From Elusimicrobiota bacterium (GTDB lineage Bacteria; Elusimicrobiota; Elusimicrobia; UBA1565; UBA9628): a stretch of DNA of 64,000 nt. The notes under the pieces were generated by a model. It did not search any database and was not told where the DNA came from. It was given only the letters and a program-made list of their open reading frames with translations. The stretch's first letter is position 1, and the number at the start of each line of letters is the position of its first letter. Shown here piece by piece: positions 29,340-38,011 of the stretch. The stretch is from assembly GCA_036676805.1 (NCBI GenBank), contig JAKFCD010000056.1, positions 2,966-66,965 on the forward strand. Direction: 5' to 3'. Both the position numbers and the translations under genes were made by a program.

Positions 29340-31216
29340 TGTCCACCTCCGTTATCGTTAAACGTCTCATAGACGGCTCCCGCCCGGACCATCGCGTCCA
29401 TGAGGGAAGCCGCGTCCGCGTCGGCGGCGTCGCGCCGCCGCAGCTCGTCGAGCAGGTCCCGTGCCCGCTCCGCGTCCTTCTTCGTCCAGGCCACGGCCGC
29501 GAGGTAATAGAGCTTGCGGACGTAGATGCGGTCCTTGGGACTCAGGCGCGAAACCGCCGCGTAGTCGCGCCGCGCCGTGTCCAGGACTTGCGCCGCCGCC
29601 GCGTCGTCCGGGTAGGAACGCGTGAGCGAGAACGCCGCGAGCAGCGCGCGGCCGTGCTCCCCGGCCTTCCGGGCTGCGTTGATGGCCCCTTCGAGTCTCG
29701 TGCGGTGCTCCTTAGAAGAGCGGTAGGTCTCGACTTTCAACTTGCGCGCCGAGGCCACCGCCTGGGTGCTCGCCGCCACGGACTCAAGCCATTCAATGTC
29801 GAGCGCTGCCTCCGCGTCGAGGCCGCGAGCCAAGGCCGCGCGGACATCTTCCGTACCGGCGGAGACGATCTCCGCCGAGACGGCCTTGCGGGCCTCGGGG
29901 TCGAGTTTCCCGGCGATGCGCCGCGCCAGGTCGAGAAGGTATTCGTGGTCCGGGGTCTTGTAGCGCAGAAGCATGGCGAGCATGCGATAGGTCTCCGCCG
30001 TATCTCCGGCCATTGCCTGTTTGTCGAGCTGCGCCCGCAGCCGGCGGATGTCCTCGCGCCGGCTCACTTCCAGCGAGCGGCGGTGCAGTTCGCGCGCTTC
30101 TTGGTCCTCCGGCTTGAGCAGCGCTGCCGAGGCCAGGCTCTCGACGGCCTCCTCGTAGCGCTGGTCTTTGAACAGCTCCCGGCCGCGCGCGAAGGCCTCG
30201 CCGCCGAGCGCCTCGGAGCGCCCCTTGGCGCGGGCGTACTCATCGTCCTGGATCTCCGCCGCCGGCGCGGCGGGCGCGCTCGCGGCCTTGAGGAAGCGGT
30301 AGGTGAGCGTGAAACGGTGGTTCTTGGCGAGGGGCCGGTCCTCGAGAGCGTAGTCCACTCCGAAGCGTCCGTCGGCGGTCTTGAAGCCCACGCCGACGGC
30401 GAAGCCCTCGTCGAGACCGAAACGCAAGGTCAGCACGTCCTGCAGCGTATAGGAGGCTCCGAGACCCATGCGTAGCTCGGTCTCGCCGACGAGCTTGCTC
30501 AGGCCCACGCCCAGCATCGCCCGGTCCTTGCGGATCGAGCCTGCGGTGAGGGACACGCGCGAGAAGCCGTCGAAGGAGACGCTCACGCCGCCGCGCAGCT
30601 CGCGCGGCAGGACCTCGGGGTCCGAAGCGAGCTTGAGGCGAGGCGTCAGGAGGTTCTTGATGACCGCGCCCGCCGACCACAGGGGCCGTCCCAGCCACCA
30701 CGCGTCGTCGCTTGAGGACTCGAAGCGCGCTCCCGCGTCCGCGCCGAAGCCGCGGTCCTTGTGGCCCGCGAGGTTCGAGCTGAGCATGTTGAAGGTGCCC
30801 CCCGCCGCCCAATGGTCGCCGAAGCTCCTGGCGAAGCCCGCCATGTACTCAGCCTGCGAGGCCGCGACCTCATAGCCGGGGTCGTCAACGGCGGTACGCG
30901 CCGTGATCTCTCCGCGGTAGAGCTGAAGAGCGCCCAGGCCGAAGGTTCCCAGGCGCGAGGGAACGGTGAGGCCGATGAAATCGTAGCGGGCCCCGTCATA
31001 AAGGAATTGGTGCTCGCCGGTCACCGCCCCGCCCGCGCCGGCCAGGCCCGCCGGGTTCCAGTGGAGCGCGGTCGGGTCCTGGACCACGGACACGGCGGCG
31101 CGGCCCAGGGCCGCGCCCTGCGCGCCGGGGCTCTGGCTCATGATCGTAGGCGCGGCGTACAACGGCAGGGCGCCGAGGTAGATCATCAAGAACTTGTAGA
31201 GGAGGCTCGTCATCAT
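29336..31216 (-). CDS. PorV/PorQ (UPF0164)-like beta-barrel fused to a C-terminal TPR/helical region
   Basis: GAQGAALGRAAVSVVQDPTALHWNPAGL and DYALEDRPLAKNHRFTLTYRF, then TPR-like helices. Confidence 0.8.
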   Translation of the reverse strand: MMTSLLYKFLMIYLGALPLYAAPTIMSQSPGAQGAALGRAAVSVVQDPTALHWNPAGLAGAGGAVTGEHQFLYDGARYDFIGLTVPSRLGTFGLGALQLYRGEITARTAVDDPGYEVAASQAEYMAGFARSFGDHWAAGGTFNMLSSNLAGHKDRGFGADAGARFESSSDDAWWLGRPLWSAGAVIKNLLTPRLKLASDPEVLPRELRGGVSVSFDGFSRVSLTAGSIRKDRAMLGVGLSKLVGETELRMGLGASYTLQDVLTLRFGLDEGFAVGVGFKTADGRFGVDYALEDRPLAKNHRFTLTYRFLKAASAPAAPAAEIQDDEYARAKGRSEALGGEAFARGRELFKDQRYEEAVESLASAALLKPEDQEARELHRRSLEVSRREDIRRLRAQLDKQAMAGDTAETYRMLAMLLRYKTPDHEYLLDLARRIAGKLDPEARKAVSAEIVSAGTEDVRAALARGLDAEAALDIEWLESVAASTQAVASARKLKVETYRSSKEHRTRLEGAINAARKAGEHGRALLAAFSLTRSYPDDAAAAQVLDTARRDYAAVSRLSPKDRIYVRKLYYLAAVAWTKKDAERARDLLDELRRRDAADADAASLMDAMVRAGAVYETFNDNGGGQ

Positions 31217-33741
31217 TTCACCACCAGGAGGAAGAAGGTCGCCGTCTCGGAAGGCCCGTCGAAGCGTACGCGGCCGACATAGCTGCCGTTCATGAGGGCG
31301 CGGCCGTGCCGGTCGCGGCCGTCGAAGCGGACCTCGCTGATGCCGGGCGGCACGCGGCCGTAGTCGCGCTCGTAGAGCGTCGTGCCGAACTCGGAGTAGA
31401 TCGTGAGCACGGCGCGCTGGTAGCCGGAGGACGGCGCATTGAAGACGACATTCGTTCCCCCTCGGGCCGGGTTGAATGGGTTGGGGTAGTTGTAGACGCG
31501 CGGGAAGCTGTCCGCCGCGGCCAAGGTGAACAGCTGCAGCGGCGTCTGGCTGGACGCCCCATACGGGTTCTCGGCCGTGACCTTGAAGTAATAGCTGCGG
31601 TAGTAGTCGAGGCCGGTGAGGCGAAGGCGCACCGTGTTCCCGTCCTCCAGCGCCTCGGCCTGGGGTTTGGCCGCCAGGGCCGTGGTGTGCAGCGCGCTCG
31701 CGCCGGCGGCCTGCTCGACGCGGGCGACGGCCGACAGCTCCAGCGGCGAGCCGCCCAGGTAGGCCGTGTAGGAGATGGGATCGCCCTGCGGGTTCGTCAC
31801 GCGCTCCCAGGAGACCTCGACGCCGTCGCGCATGGTCTTGACCGTCGGCGCCGCCATGAAGGGCGCGGTCAGTCGCAGAGGGTCGGGCGGGTCATTAAGG
31901 AAAGTCGCGATGAAGGTCCGAGTCCCCGCGTCGGACACGCCGCCCACTCCGTCGACCGCGACGACGCGCCAGTAGAGGGTCGTGCCGTAGCTGAGGTCGA
32001 GCGGGTAGAAGGTGAACACGCCTTCTTGGACCAACACCGAGGCGGTGGGATCAGTCGAGAGGTAGACCCGATAGCTCACCGGGTCCTCATCGGCATCCTC
32101 CGATTCGAGCCAGCGGAGGTCATAGCGGCTCGCGCGCGTCGAGATCGCGCCGGTCGAGAGATAGAGCGGCGTGGTGGGCGGCGTGTTGCGAAACAGCGGG
32201 GCGTAGCTCTGCTCAGCGCCGCCGTCCATGAGGCTCTCGGCCTGATAGTCGTCCCGAGCGCGGACCGACCAATAATAGGTCGAACCGAAGGCGAGGCCGG
32301 CCACGGTCATGGCGGACGCGGTCGTGGTCGCGATCGCGGGCTGGGCCTGATCGTGGCGCCGCCAAGACACTTCGTAGACCGGCACGTCGCCGTCCGGGTC
32401 CGTCGCCCGGGTCCAGGAGAGGACCACGGAGGCGTCTCGCGTCACCACGCTGCCCGTGCCTTTCATGACGGTGAACGGCCCGGGCGGGACATTCGTGAGC
32501 CCGAGGACGAAGTTCTCGACCGAGGAGGCGCGGCTCTGAAGAGGCAGACCAAGATACGAGTCCCGCGCGGTCACGCGCCAGTAGTAGGTCGTGCCGAAGG
32601 CGAGCGGCGCCGTCACGAAGTCCGCAGTCTCGGAGGTTCCGGTGCTGTTGAGGACGAAGGGCTTGGTGCCGATCTCGAGCGCGTAAAGGATGGGGTCGCC
32701 GTCGTTATCCGTGGAGGATTGCCATCGCAACCACGCGGCGGAGGAGTGCTGGATCACCGCGCCGAGCGGCGCGGACGGCGCGGGGACGGTGGGCCCCTCG
32801 TTGAGGACCATGCGGCGCAGGGGCGCACGGCCCGCGGAAGTCAGGTAAAGAATGCGTCCATCCCACGCGGAGCCGATCGCGGAGTCGGCCGTCAAAGTCG
32901 TCACCGGGCTGCCGCCGGATGTTAGCTTGACCACGCCCTGCGGGCAGCCGCCGGGACCGCACGCCAGTTGGCTCAAGTAGAGCGAGGAGTCTCCGTCCAG
33001 CCACATGCCCCGCGGATTCGCCAAGCCGCCGAACCAGGAAGCGGGGGTCTGGCTCTCAAGGGAGCCGTCGCTCGTGAACCGCAGGATCTGTTGGCAGGAG
33101 ACGTCAGCCACGACGAGCTCCTGCTGGAGGCCGACGGCGATCTTGGAGGGCGTATAGCAGCTGGTCGGGGTGGCGCTGATGCCGGGCAGCTCGACTTGGC
33201 TAAGAAGATTTCCCGCGAAGTCGTAGGCGTTGACGTAGCCCTTCATGCCGCTTGCCGGACAAGGACAACCCAGACATTGGACGCAGTAGTAGCTCTTCTG
33301 ATTTTGGAAGCTCAGGTGGAGGCGGGCCCCGACCTTATCGATCGCGGCCGACATAAGGCTCGCAGTGCTGATATAGGCCCCTAGCGAGTATGTGGATTGG
33401 CCAAGGGAGTAGCCGGTATTGAGGAAGCGCTTGAGCGTTATGCCGCCGCCCCCCTCCAGGATATCCACGACGCCCGAGGGCTCCACGGCGAAGGCCAGCG
33501 GCGCGCTGACGCCCGCGGCGAAGCTGAACAGCGGTTCGAGACTCGGCGTCCGGAAGGCCGTCACCGAATAGCTTGTCGCTCCCGGGGCCAGCATGAGGGC
33601 GTAGAGATTGCCCACCGAATCGCGGTCGAGGCCGGCGATGGTGGAGCCGGCCACGCTGAATGTCGCCTGTTCCACATAGGACGCCGCGCGGGCGGACGCG
33701 GCCGCCGCGGCGGCCATGACGACGAGGATGAGTTTCTTCAC
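31213..33741 (-). CDS. Secreted protein with beta-propeller-like N-terminus, Fn3-like repeats and a T9SS-CTD/FlgD-Ig-like C-terminal domain
   Basis: Signal peptide; repeated L.W..S.D.DGD...Y.....TYYWRV.A units; C-terminus VYNYPNPFNP...IYSEFG...FDGRDRHG..LMNGSY. Confidence 0.8.
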   Translation of the reverse strand: MKKLILVVMAAAAAASARAASYVEQATFSVAGSTIAGLDRDSVGNLYALMLAPGATSYSVTAFRTPSLEPLFSFAAGVSAPLAFAVEPSGVVDILEGGGGITLKRFLNTGYSLGQSTYSLGAYISTASLMSAAIDKVGARLHLSFQNQKSYYCVQCLGCPCPASGMKGYVNAYDFAGNLLSQVELPGISATPTSCYTPSKIAVGLQQELVVADVSCQQILRFTSDGSLESQTPASWFGGLANPRGMWLDGDSSLYLSQLACGPGGCPQGVVKLTSGGSPVTTLTADSAIGSAWDGRILYLTSAGRAPLRRMVLNEGPTVPAPSAPLGAVIQHSSAAWLRWQSSTDNDGDPILYALEIGTKPFVLNSTGTSETADFVTAPLAFGTTYYWRVTARDSYLGLPLQSRASSVENFVLGLTNVPPGPFTVMKGTGSVVTRDASVVLSWTRATDPDGDVPVYEVSWRRHDQAQPAIATTTASAMTVAGLAFGSTYYWSVRARDDYQAESLMDGGAEQSYAPLFRNTPPTTPLYLSTGAISTRASRYDLRWLESEDADEDPVSYRVYLSTDPTASVLVQEGVFTFYPLDLSYGTTLYWRVVAVDGVGGVSDAGTRTFIATFLNDPPDPLRLTAPFMAAPTVKTMRDGVEVSWERVTNPQGDPISYTAYLGGSPLELSAVARVEQAAGASALHTTALAAKPQAEALEDGNTVRLRLTGLDYYRSYYFKVTAENPYGASSQTPLQLFTLAAADSFPRVYNYPNPFNPARGGTNVVFNAPSSGYQRAVLTIYSEFGTTLYERDYGRVPPGISEVRFDGRDRHGRALMNGSYVGRVRFDGPSETATFFLLVVK

Positions 33742-35486
33742 GACTTCACCTCCGAAGGTTCGCCTGATCCGTAGTCCGGGACGGCCGCACGCAGGTCGAG
33801 GCCGCTTTCCGCCTCGGCGTCCACGGGCCGCAGGGGCGGCACGGCGAGGGTCCGCGCGACCTCACGCACGCGCGCGGTGCGGACTAAGCACTCGGCCCGG
33901 CCGGGCGAGAGCACGAGCGCCGTGCCGGGCTCCAAGGACTTGAGCTGGTTGGGGTGGACCTTGAAGCGCTCCACCTCGCGGCGCGAGCGGTCGCCGGTGC
34001 GATGGTCTCCCAGGAGCGCGCTCTCCACGCGCTCCGTGTCGCTCGTCGTCGTGCGCGTGCCGAGGGTCGTCGCCCAAAACTCGGCGTCCTCCGGGTTCGG
34101 CGAGCGGAAGCAGACCTTGCAGCCGGAGGTGTTATTGAAGACCACGGACTCGAAGGCCGCCACGTCCATCCCCTCCACGCGCTTGAGCTGCCCCAGGTCC
34201 TGGTGCGAGAGGATCGTGCGCAACCTGGCCGAGCCCACGGTCGCCACGAAGGAGGCGAAGACCGGCGTCGCGAACTCGGCGAACTCGTCGAGGATCACGG
34301 TGGCGGGTCCGGGCTTGGGCTCGGTGCGCTGGCGCGCGGCCGCCACCGACAGGAGCCCCGAGATCACCATGCGCCCGAGCGGATTGGCGAGCACCTGGAG
34401 ATGTCCCACGGGGACCGCGAAGTAGGCGGCGTGGCCGCGCTCGAAGATGTCCTCGAGGCGGATCTGGGGCGAGTAGCTGTTGAGGATTTCACCCAAGGCG
34501 CCGGTCGTCCATGGCCGGAAGGCCGAGATGAGAGCGCTGCAGTCGGGGTTGGCCGTAAACTCCTCGCGAGCCAACTTCACCATGCGCTGGTCGCGGCAGA
34601 GCCTGAACGCCTCCGTGCGAGCCTCAGGAAAGGCGAAGTAGCAGTAACAGTCGCGCAGCGTGAAACCCCGGCCGGTCGAGCAGAACACCTCGGCCATGCT
34701 CTGCACCTTGGCGTAGTCGACCGCGCGGTAATAGTCCTGCCCCTCGCCGGAGGAGGTGGGTTCGCGGCCGATGGCGCGGGCGATCTGGTTCGCCACGGCG
34801 GTCGCGTCCTGGCCGGAGACCGGCCGGATCGGGTTGAAGGTCATGGAGCGGTCGTCCTGAGGGTTGAAGTAGCGCACCGAGTCGAGCCGTCCGGCGACCC
34901 CGGCGGTCTTGAGGAACTGGTCGAAGTCGCCGCGGTCACCCTTGGCTTCCATAAAGAAAAGAGGCAGGCCCGCCTTCATGTCCTGGGCGGCGAGCGCCAG
35001 CAGGAGCTGGGACTTGCCCGACCGAGTCGGACCCACGACCTGCATATGCCCCTCGCGCTCGCGCTCGGTGAGGTTGATCCGGCGCTTGGAGCTGGTCAGC
35101 CCCAGGAAAGTCTCCTCGCCCCGCCCCGATTGCAGCCGCCGGCCGAGTTCCTCATCCACGATCTTGGAATCCGCGGGCGTCTCCCAGTCCTCCTCGTCCT
35201 GAGCCGTGGCCTTTCGTCCGGCGGCTCCGAGCCCCACGGCCGCGCCGAAGCAGGCTGACGCCGCCGTCCAGCCGAGCCGAACGACGCTCCGGCGCGGCTC
35301 GTACCAGCGGCCGAAGTCCCGGTGAGCGCCGCTCAACCAGTCCACCGTCCGCCACGGCATGAGGGCCACGAACAGGGCGGCGGCGAGCCCCGTCAGCGCC
35401 CCGCCGAGCGCCCGGCGCTCGCTGCGCAGGCCGGTCAGGCCCGCGAGCATCACGGCCATGACGGCGAGGAAGGACCAGGGGCTCAT
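33738..35486 (-). CDS. virD4: VirD4-like type IV coupling protein
   Basis: N-terminal TM segments, VGPTRSGKS, VILDEF and ILSHQDLGQL. Confidence 0.9.
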   Translation of the reverse strand: MSPWSFLAVMAVMLAGLTGLRSERRALGGALTGLAAALFVALMPWRTVDWLSGAHRDFGRWYEPRRSVVRLGWTAASACFGAAVGLGAAGRKATAQDEEDWETPADSKIVDEELGRRLQSGRGEETFLGLTSSKRRINLTEREREGHMQVVGPTRSGKSQLLLALAAQDMKAGLPLFFMEAKGDRGDFDQFLKTAGVAGRLDSVRYFNPQDDRSMTFNPIRPVSGQDATAVANQIARAIGREPTSSGEGQDYYRAVDYAKVQSMAEVFCSTGRGFTLRDCYCYFAFPEARTEAFRLCRDQRMVKLAREEFTANPDCSALISAFRPWTTGALGEILNSYSPQIRLEDIFERGHAAYFAVPVGHLQVLANPLGRMVISGLLSVAAARQRTEPKPGPATVILDEFAEFATPVFASFVATVGSARLRTILSHQDLGQLKRVEGMDVAAFESVVFNNTSGCKVCFRSPNPEDAEFWATTLGTRTTTSDTERVESALLGDHRTGDRSRREVERFKVHPNQLKSLEPGTALVLSPGRAECLVRTARVREVARTLAVPPLRPVDAEAESGLDLRAAVPDYGSGEPSEVKS

Positions 35487-36292
35487 CGCGCGGCCTCCGC
35501 CGCGCCCAAAGTGATCGCGCGGCTTTCCACCGCCCCCTGGAACACGCCGCAGCCCGCGGACCGGCGGAACTCGTCCAAGCCGCAGGCGTAGACGAAGGGC
35601 GCGCGCTGCGCGCGGGCGTTCTTAAGGATGATGGCCGCCCCTCCCGGCCAACCCGTGAGGTATAGGACCGCGCCACCGCGCGTCAGGCGGCGTCGGTAGG
35701 TCTCGAAGATGTCCTCATAGCGTCGCTTTGACTTCTGTGTCAGCTCCACCTCGATCGCCTTGGGCTCGGGCGACTCGATCCAGAGGTCGGAGGCCCCCTC
35801 GACCACGAGGCGCCGGCGGCCTCCCGTGTGCGTCCAGACGGCCTTAGGGTGCTGGCGGGCGGCGGGCAGGCCCAGGACTTCCGTGAGGACCAGGCCCACG
35901 GCGGAGACCTTCAGCTCGTGGCGGATCATGGCCTCGCTCACGAAGTCGCGGATCTCGGGACGACGCTCCACCGGCTCGTCGCGCAGCGCGTTAAAGCCCC
36001 GCTCGGTCAGCGTATAGGCCTTCGGCTGGCGCAGGAAGGAGTGCCCGTTGATATAGCCTTGGGCCTCCAGAGCGTGGACGCGGTTGAAGACGCCGAGTTT
36101 GTAGTCCTCTCGCTCCATCTTATTGAAGAAGCGCTCGATGAGCTCGGCCTCGCCCAACTTCGGCTCCAGGCCCAGCCCCACCATCTGGCCGATGCCGAGC
36201 ACGATCCACTTCTCAAGCGCCGCGAGCATCTTAAAGTCCCGCGCCGTGAGCTGGATTTCCCCGCGCCGTATCTCCGCCGCCGTCTTCGTCAT
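35483..36292 (-). CDS. Replication-relaxation (MOB-C-type) relaxase
   Basis: LTARD..ML..L, YTLTERG, HELKV and D-x11-E-x-E (SDLWIESPEPKAIEVEL). ATGA overlap with the T4CP. Start reassigned to ATG 36292. Confidence 0.75.
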   Translation of the reverse strand: MTKTAAEIRRGEIQLTARDFKMLAALEKWIVLGIGQMVGLGLEPKLGEAELIERFFNKMEREDYKLGVFNRVHALEAQGYINGHSFLRQPKAYTLTERGFNALRDEPVERRPEIRDFVSEAMIRHELKVSAVGLVLTEVLGLPAARQHPKAVWTHTGGRRRLVVEGASDLWIESPEPKAIEVELTQKSKRRYEDIFETYRRRLTRGGAVLYLTGWPGGAAIILKNARAQRAPFVYACGLDEFRRSAGCGVFQGAVESRAITLGAAEAAR

Positions 36293-36299
36293 CTGTTGA

Positions 36300-36625
36300 G
36301 TTCTCCCTCTGTTGCCGCTGCTGTTTTTCCGTTCCCTGTCTTTCCCTTCCGTCTTTTCTCTTTTGTTTCCGTTGCTGCTGTTGTTGCCGTTGCTGTTGTT
36401 ATTTTTCTTTCTCTTTCCCCTTTGCTGCCTTTTGCCCTCTGTCCTCCTGACCCCTTCATCCCACACCACTCTTTTGTGGTTGGGAGGGAGGGGTCAGGAG
36501 GCGAACGCGCCAACGGCGCGGACGAAGAGGGCAAGGTTTGGCAGCAATATCCGTGACTTCCCGCCCACTACCTTTCTGACTCCCCCCTCGGACATGCCCG
36601 AGGACCCGCCCGAGGGGTCCTTCTC
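36300..36625. other. Candidate oriT region
   Basis: Non-coding gap between the RHH gene and the relaxase, containing a pyrimidine-rich tract and a 13-bp inverted repeat CCTCCTGACCCCT/AGGGGTCAGGAGG (36443-36455/36489-36501). Confidence 0.5.
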
Positions 36626-36838
36626 CTACTCCGTCGCGCTGAGGCTCTTGGCGTAGTGCTGGATCGCCTCCGAGATCAGCCGGTCACGCGGAACGTCCTC
36701 GCCCGTTTGCCGCATCTTCTTGATGCCCGCCTTGGCGAGGGTTTCGTGGTCCGCCACCGGCAGGTTCACCATGATCGCCACCGTCTTCGGCGGCCGGCCG
36801 CCGCGCGGGGCGGTTCCGGTTTCCGTGGGCTCATCCAT
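36626..36838 (-). CDS. Ribbon-helix-helix-like relaxosome accessory protein
   Basis: 70 aa; TVAIMVNLP strand then helices (RDRLISEAIQHY); AAGGAG SD; upstream of the relaxase. Confidence 0.65.
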   Translation of the reverse strand: MDEPTETGTAPRGGRPPKTVAIMVNLPVADHETLAKAGIKKMRQTGEDVPRDRLISEAIQHYAKSLSATE

Positions 36839-36977
36839 GCTCGTTTTCTCCTTGCGCGCTGCGATCTTGAGGACCAAACTTGCAGGGCAGGTGGGGAAGC
36901 TTGCTCCCCGGTTTCGTTCGGACTGGCTACCCGTCTGCCCGCAAATCGGCCCGGCACTTACCTATCGGACGAGCCGG

Positions 36978-37706
36978 TCAATTCCGCACATTTCCCAACA
37001 GCGGAGCGGCCCAATCCCGCCGCTTGATGTAGCGCCAGCGCGGGTCCTGTTTGGCCGCCACCACCGTTCGGCGGCGGACGGTTTCATCCTCGCGGGCGAT
37101 CAGGATATCGAGCGGGTCCTGGTCTTCGAGGCGGTGGGACAGGGGCTCGAACGACGGGATTTCCCCTTCGCCGCCTTCCACGTCCGCGCCGCCGAAGCTC
37201 GGGCCGAAGGCCTCGTCCACCAGCACGAACTTGCCGCGTCGGTAGGCCTCCCCCTCCATGTAGTCCCGGGCGTTGCAGACCAATGCCGTAAAGAATCCCG
37301 GGATGTTCGCTGCTCCCTCAAGGAGTTCCCGGTAGGTGTCGGAGGCGACGATCTCGGACGCCGCTGAGTCACCGATGATGGCCCGCGCGAACCTCACTAT
37401 CTCGCGATGCCTGGACTTGTAGAAAGCCGCGGCTTCCTGGTAGCGGCGCAAGCGGTCCTGTCGCGCCTGGCGGACGATCTGGGCAAGGAACTTCGGGGAG
37501 TGTTCCTCCCAGTGATTCAGGCCGCGGAACTCGCGCGCCAACTTCTCGACTCGCTGCCGGGAGAGCAGTTCGAGGACGACCTTCTCGGGATCGAGGCAGG
37601 GTTTGAGGCGGACCAGGAGCGCGGCGGCGCGGTGCGAGAGCTCGACGTCCCGGCTGATGGAATCAACGGAGGAGGCAACGGCGACGGCATTGTGCATGTG
37701 GGCCAC
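36978..37706 (-). CDS. Putative transcription regulator with HTH-like N-terminus and ECF sigma region-2-like segment
   Basis: ELSHRAAALLVRL; YKSRHREIVRFARAIIGDSAASEIVASDTY resembles ECF sigma2; no sigma4 is visible. Confidence 0.45.
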   Translation of the reverse strand: MAHMHNAVAVASSVDSISRDVELSHRAAALLVRLKPCLDPEKVVLELLSRQRVEKLAREFRGLNHWEEHSPKFLAQIVRQARQDRLRRYQEAAAFYKSRHREIVRFARAIIGDSAASEIVASDTYRELLEGAANIPGFFTALVCNARDYMEGEAYRRGKFVLVDEAFGPSFGGADVEGGEGEIPSFEPLSHRLEDQDPLDILIAREDETVRRRTVVAAKQDPRWRYIKRRDWAAPLLGNVRN

Positions 37707-37933
37707 GAAGGCACCATCCCTTCGCTTGGCGTCCGGTTCTCGGTGGGCTCAGCGGTTATTTGAGGCGTCCGGCGTTGCCGGATTCACCTTGTCCGGACCG
37801 CGCTCGTGGCCGTTCCCGCCAAGCCTGGGAGATCCAGGGGGCGGGCGGCGCCTCCCTTTTCGGGAGCCGGGGGACTTCACCCCCGCTCTCATCGGGCCGG
37901 ACGACTCCCGAAGCGCGTCACCCTGACGCCATC

Positions 37934-37955
37934 AGGGATCAATTTTCATGCAGTT
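37934..37955 (-). promoter_or_regulatory. Shared motif copy D upstream of the mobilisation/transfer operon
   Basis: Minus strand AACTGCATGAAAATTGATCCCT. Confidence 0.65.
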
Positions 37956-38011
37956 GAAGCAGACAGCTCGGCCGCAGGAGGGAGCGCGATTGAAGGGAAG
38001 CGCCGGGGCGC

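Noticed and set aside
29032-29370. Long N-terminal extension of the SSB ORF
   Set aside because: It overlaps the pilin gene; the TGATG coupling at 29031 gives the more plausible start.
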